From positions 3,456,001 through 3,520,000 of the forward strand of contig OX638351.1 of assembly GCA_951813565.1 (NCBI GenBank): a DNA stretch of 64,000 nt, in the 5' to 3' direction. Position 1 is the first letter of the stretch; every line of letters starts with the position of its first letter. Made by a program: the position numbers and the translations under genes. This DNA comes from an uncultured Poribacteria bacterium (GTDB taxonomy: Bacteria > Poribacteria > WGA-4E > WGA-3G). Below are positions 59,830 to 64,000 of the stretch, in pieces. The notes beneath the pieces were generated by a model. That model was not told the DNA's origin, made no database searches, and saw only the letters and a program-made list of their open reading frames with translations.

Positions 59830-59958
59830 TAGTGAAACCTAAAAATATGTGCACACTCCCCGGTAGATGCGGTTTCCTAACCAATGCAGAATCATGTAGA
59901 ATGCCATGCGCGCATTTGGCGTTGATTTGTAGTGTGTAAATAATTATGGTTTTTACTA
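59830..59958. mobile_element. MITE family A copy with hairpin-unit fragments
   Basis: TA|tagtgaaaccta...ggtttttacta|TA, with internal catgtagaatgcc...ggcgttgatttg. Confidence 0.7.
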
Positions 59959-59994
59959 TAATCCGAGTACAGCAGTACAAGCACATTTTGCAGA

Positions 59995-60888
59995 TTATTT
60001 ACTATCCCCGTTTTCCGACTCATCAGATTTGATTTCGTAACTTTTTAATTCAAGGGTCTTCACATCATCCGAATCCTCTTGTTCATTTTTGAATTTGACA
60101 ATTCCAACATTTGGTGCTAACCACAGTGTCGTAACTGATTTGCTCGGTTGTTGTTCCGACAGTAATTGTTTGAACTCAGGAGGGAGTGTTGTATTTGTGG
60201 TTGTTTTGGATTTATACTCAATTTTTAAACAGTCTTCAAACGTTCCAGCTTCAGTTTCAACAGTTTCCTTTCCAATAACATTACCTGTTTCAACAAGATT
60301 AGTCGTAGAGGAGATAGTTTTAACTTCATCCGGAATTTCAGCGGGGGCACCCTGAATGTCCATCGTCATTTTTACTTTTACGTCCAGCTGCATAGCAATC
60401 CATTCTTCATTATATGTGACAGGCATTGGACAGAGATAAAAATAATCCTGTGCTTTTGGTTCAATAGTATAGTCAAAATCAATTGTAATGCCGGGAGGGA
60501 GTTGCCCGGCGGCTAACTGCCGGAGCGCCACAAGTATTTCATCAAGTTTTTTAGTTAAGATTGACTTCTTGGCGTTTTCAATATCATTGCCAACATAAAA
60601 AGCAACCCATTCTTCACCAACTTGATAAAGAAAGGGGTGCACTGCATACATATATTTTTCCCAATCATCTATTTCTGGTTCATAGTCAAAGGCACGAAAT
60701 GTTTTTCCTTCAACATCTTTTTTCTCTACAGCATAGCGAGTTAATTCATCTCCGTCTTGATCTTCGTAAACCCAAAAGCTGCCAACGTTGTCTGGAAAGT
60801 ATAATTTTTCCCATTCGTTAGCGAGTAGGGTTACACCTAATCCAAATATAAGCAGTGAAACGAAAATTGACCGAAAAAATTTCAACAC
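59995..60888 (-). CDS. Secreted acidic protein, paralog 4
   Basis: Same motifs as paralogs 1-3. GAGGGAG RBS. Confidence 0.8.
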   Translation of the reverse strand: MLKFFRSIFVSLLIFGLGVTLLANEWEKLYFPDNVGSFWVYEDQDGDELTRYAVEKKDVEGKTFRAFDYEPEIDDWEKYMYAVHPFLYQVGEEWVAFYVGNDIENAKKSILTKKLDEILVALRQLAAGQLPPGITIDFDYTIEPKAQDYFYLCPMPVTYNEEWIAMQLDVKVKMTMDIQGAPAEIPDEVKTISSTTNLVETGNVIGKETVETEAGTFEDCLKIEYKSKTTTNTTLPPEFKQLLSEQQPSKSVTTLWLAPNVGIVKFKNEQEDSDDVKTLELKSYEIKSDESENGDSK

Positions 60889-60916
60889 TTTTTCTCCCTC
60901 TAAATTATATTTATCT

Positions 60917-61259
60917 AAGGGTGTGCATAAATAATTGGCGCATCAACACAGACAAGGACAGACGCCAGGTACCGCTTGATTTATAGAAATGCGTTTGTAG
61001 TCGCGCAATTCATTGCCAAATCAACGCAGCATGCGCCAAATCAAGAAATCAGCGGTATGAATCATGGCGAATCATGTAGAATACCAAAAGCGTATTCTAC
61101 CAAGCGCATTCGTCTTTAGTCATTCACCGGGTCCGAATGCCTTATGGCATTCCCCGTGTAGCATGCTGCGCCTCTTTGAACTTGTGGACGGAAACCCACG
61201 GCGTGTGCGGACTACCTTTAAGCGCATATTTAACATCGGAATTATTTATGCACACCCTC
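60917..61259. mobile_element. MITE family B, 343 bp, 8-bp TSD ATTTATCT, most deeply nested copy
   Basis: TIRs as at 30498. atttatct at 60909-60916 and 61260-61267. 82 bp longer than the 30498 copy because of nested inserts. Confidence 0.88.
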
Positions 61260-61354
61260 ATTTATCTACTTCTTAAGTATATCCTAATATAATGCTCATA
61301 ACAAGCAAAAACTGCCAGACAGCAGTATGGAATGGGAACATTTTCGCTCTACTT

Positions 61355-62431
61355 TTAGTAATCAAATGGAAAGGGTACAGGTGCACCGTTATTTGCACAT
61401 GAGCGCCCCATAGCAACATCAATTTCTCGATCTTTGCGCCCGTTGTATGCGCCATACTCTGGTTCAGTATCGTTTCGGACAGCATTTGCGATGCTCATTA
61501 ATTCCGATGCGACAGTAATTTCACTATCACTGAGTGAGTAATTCTGCAACGGGTTTTCCCAAACAACTTCCGGGTTGGTGTCAGTAACAAGGGCAGCGAG
61601 CGTTTCGTAACCGTCAACGTTATTCGTTTTGCGTGTAATTGTTACGGGTCGTTGTGCGTCCGCATCATCATTTAAGATTACAGCATCATCACGGAAACAC
61701 ATCCCGCGCTCTGCATAGAATTTTGTTCCCTTAAATCCACGGAGTGGAGAACCGTAAGAAAGACTGGTGAAGTTGAAAATCCCTACAGCGCCGTCAGCAA
61801 ACTCAATGACTGCATGTAGCCAATCCTCTTTCTTACGCCGAGGTTGTCCTTTTCGCCACACATGATCCTGCACGCTAAACGATTTATTAAAACCGTAAAC
61901 CTGCACCGGTTCATTGTCAAACCCGACATAACTCCTTATTAGACCAATACCGTGATAACCGTGTCCGTGGAAATCGTTGTAAGCCAAGTTCACCTTGCCG
62001 AATATACCTTCCAGAATCATTGCACGTTTGATGCGTTCAGATGGACGTCGATAATAGTTTTCGTTGACCTCCAACTTTGTACCGTGTTCTTTAGCTGCTT
62101 CAATCATCATATCTGCGCGTTTGAGGTCAGTGTTTATTGGTGTTTCTGTGCAATAACTCACGCCATGTTGTGAACAGAGAAGTCCGGGGACATGGTTGTT
62201 GCTCGGTGTGATAACAATAGAGCAGATATCTGGTTTTTCTTTCTCCAACATCTGCTCGGTTTCTGTGTAGGCAGGTATGTGATACTTTTCTCCCTGCTCC
62301 GTAACCCTTTTGTCGTGTACATCACACACTGCAACGAGTTCTAAGTCATCATTCAATTTGGCAATGAGTGGAAGGTACGTATTAGTTCCACGGTTACCTG
62401 TCCCGATATGTGCGATTTTTAGTTTATCCAT
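61355..62431 (-). CDS. Gfo/Idh/MocA oxidoreductase
   Basis: HIGTGNRG, VAVCD, ETP variant of the EKP motif. Confidence 0.88.
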   Translation of the reverse strand: MDKLKIAHIGTGNRGTNTYLPLIAKLNDDLELVAVCDVHDKRVTEQGEKYHIPAYTETEQMLEKEKPDICSIVITPSNNHVPGLLCSQHGVSYCTETPINTDLKRADMMIEAAKEHGTKLEVNENYYRRPSERIKRAMILEGIFGKVNLAYNDFHGHGYHGIGLIRSYVGFDNEPVQVYGFNKSFSVQDHVWRKGQPRRKKEDWLHAVIEFADGAVGIFNFTSLSYGSPLRGFKGTKFYAERGMCFRDDAVILNDDADAQRPVTITRKTNNVDGYETLAALVTDTNPEVVWENPLQNYSLSDSEITVASELMSIANAVRNDTEPEYGAYNGRKDREIDVAMGRSCANNGAPVPFPFDY

Positions 62432-62865
62432 TGATGTTCTCCTTCAAGCGACATCATACTTTCATCCCTGGTTATTGTGTATCTGATACACCTTTCGCCC
62501 CTCTGGGGTTTGGTAAACACAGATATCAGCTGCTATACACCTATCGCCTCTCCGAGGCTTTAGTAGATCACATGTTAGCGCCAGCGATGCGGAAGGTGTC
62601 CAGCATCATAATATTGGGATTACAAATCTTCAACAAAAAACATGTTCTTAAATTGACGCCTATGGGTGTCGCAAATGCTCTACCCGACGGACAGATAGTT
62701 TATAGAAATGTGAAAAAATATTAGAGAAAAACCGAAAACTAATAATCCTGACTTTCATCAAAAACATATAGACATAGACCTTATATGCTGCTAATATATG
62801 GTTTGGCTTCATTTTAGCACGTGTGCACCAGAAAAGCAACTTTTAAGAAGATAAGGAATAAACAC

Positions 62866-64000
62866 ATGGCAGGGCCATTGGCAGGAATAAAAGTATTAGA
62901 TTTAACGCGAGTGCTTGCGGGGCCTTATACAACAATGATCTTAAGCGACCTCGGTGCTGAAGTGATAAAAATTGAACAACCGGGAATAGGGGATGAATCA
63001 CGAAACTTTGGACCGTTTAAGAATGGTTTTAGTCTCTACTTTATGAGTGTAAATCGTGGCAAACGGAGTGTAACACTCAATCTCAAAACTGAACGTGGAA
63101 AAACTATATTCAAACAACTCGTTAAACAGAGCGACATTTTAGTAGAAAATTTCCGTCCAGGGACGATGAAAAAATTCGGTTTAGATTATGAGGCACTTGC
63201 AGCGGAACATCCATCGCTCATTTATGCTGCATGTTCTGGCTTTGGACAGACGGGTCCTTTTGCACAACAAGGTGCCTATGATATGATTATTCAAGGGATG
63301 GGAGGTATCATCAGTATCACTGGGGAACCGGATGGACCACCCGTACGGGTTGGCACATCTATCAGCGACATCACCGCTGCGCTCTTTACAACAATCGGTA
63401 TCCTGTCCGCGCTACACCATCGCAATAATACAGGAAAAGGTCAGTTGGTAGATGTGGCAATGTTGGATAGCCTCGTCGCAGTATTAGAGAATGCAATCGT
63501 TCGCTATTTTGCAACAGATGAAATACCAAAACCGCTTGGAAGCCGGCACCCAGCAATCACACCATTTGAAGCGTTTGAATCAGCAGACGGACATGTTATC
63601 ATTGCAATCGGAAACGATGTGCTGTGGGCAAAATTCTGTGAGCATGTGGATCGGAAAAATCTAATCTCTGATCCACGGTTTAGTTCTAATGCAGAACGAA
63701 CAGCAAATCATAGCGAATTGTTTCCTATTCTTTCTGAGATTATGCGGCAACGTACAACTGATGAATGGATTGACGCGCTTGAAAAAATTGGTGTGCCGTG
63801 CGGTCCTATCAATACGATTGACAAGGTTGTTAGTCATCCGCAGGTTCAAGCACGGGAGATGATAACACAAGTCGTGCATCAAGTTACGGGTGCTGTAGAG
63901 GTACCGGGTGTGCCGATTAAACTCTCTGATACGCCTGGAGATGTAGACGCTCCCGCACCAGGTCTTGGCGAACATACGGATGAGATATTGACTGATATGT
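62866..64000 (+). CDS. Family III CoA-transferase (CaiB/BaiF), 3' end runs off the window
   Basis: Manual translation gives MAGPLAGIKVLDLTRVLAGPY...DLGAEVIKIE, NRGKRS, ENFRPG, YDMIIQG, APGLGEHT. Confidence 0.95.
   Translation, partial: MAGPLAGIKVLDLTRVLAGPYTTMILSDLGAEVIKIEQPGIGDESRNFGPFKNGFSLYFMSVNRGKRSVTLNLKTERGKTIFKQLVKQSDILVENFRPGTMKKFGLDYEALAAEHPSLIYAACSGFGQTGPFAQQGAYDMIIQGMGGIISITGEPDGPPVRVGTSISDITAALFTTIGILSALHHRNNTGKGQLVDVAMLDSLVAVLENAIVRYFATDEIPKPLGSRHPAITPFEAFESADGHVIIAIGNDVLWAKFCEHVDRKNLISDPRFSSNAERTANHSELFPILSEIMRQRTTDEWIDALEKIGVPCGPINTIDKVVSHPQVQAREMITQVVHQVTGAVEVPGVPIKLSDTPGDVDAPAPGLGEHTDEILTDM

Noticed and set aside
6130..61160. CRISPR array interpretation of the 34-35 bp hairpin units
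   Set aside because: Units are dispersed or nested, with no regular repeat-spacer period and no cas genes in the window.
30595..61276. Similar short ORFs at 30595-30786, 38749-38970, 38898-39134 and 61064-61276
   Set aside because: They lie within or overlap MITE B. The similarity reflects the repeat, and frames differ between copies.
62410..62724. 104-aa plus-strand ORF
   Set aside because: It runs through REP-like hairpins and a MITE C end, with no recognisable protein features.
1..64000. tRNA, rRNA or prophage genes
   Set aside because: None recognised by eye. A tRNAscan/Infernal run would be needed to exclude small RNAs formally.

Overview
AT-rich bacterial window. The gene content (large WD40 expansion, cohesin/dockerin proteins, PhyH, FGE-fold proteins) suggests Ca. 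Poribacteria, but this is inferred, not shown. 1-23.6 kb is a minus-strand tandem array of ten WD40 beta-propeller genes. Two are intact ECF sigma-70::WD40 fusions and three are deletion derivatives of such fusions; three of these genes share a conserved ECF-type promoter. The array is interrupted by a CBM9/DOMON lipoprotein and an IS605-type tnpB element with a tnpA remnant. 24-30 kb is a nonulosonic-acid (KDN-like) cluster. 32-35 kb is an orphan three-gene secreted operon with a structured leader, a His-triad protein and a Cys/His-rich protein. 35-46 kb holds metabolic and surface genes. 46-57 kb holds tetrapyrrole genes (cobA-hemD, hemC, hemA, ccsA, duplicated sirC, hemL, hemB) with an IS3 inserted in a REP. 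57-61 kb has four mosaic secreted paralogs, and the window ends in a family III CoA-transferase. The most unusual signal is intergenic: ~34-35 bp units made of (C/G)AAATCAAC plus a hairpin. They insert cleanly into REP palindromes and into one another, building nests inside at least four MITE families.
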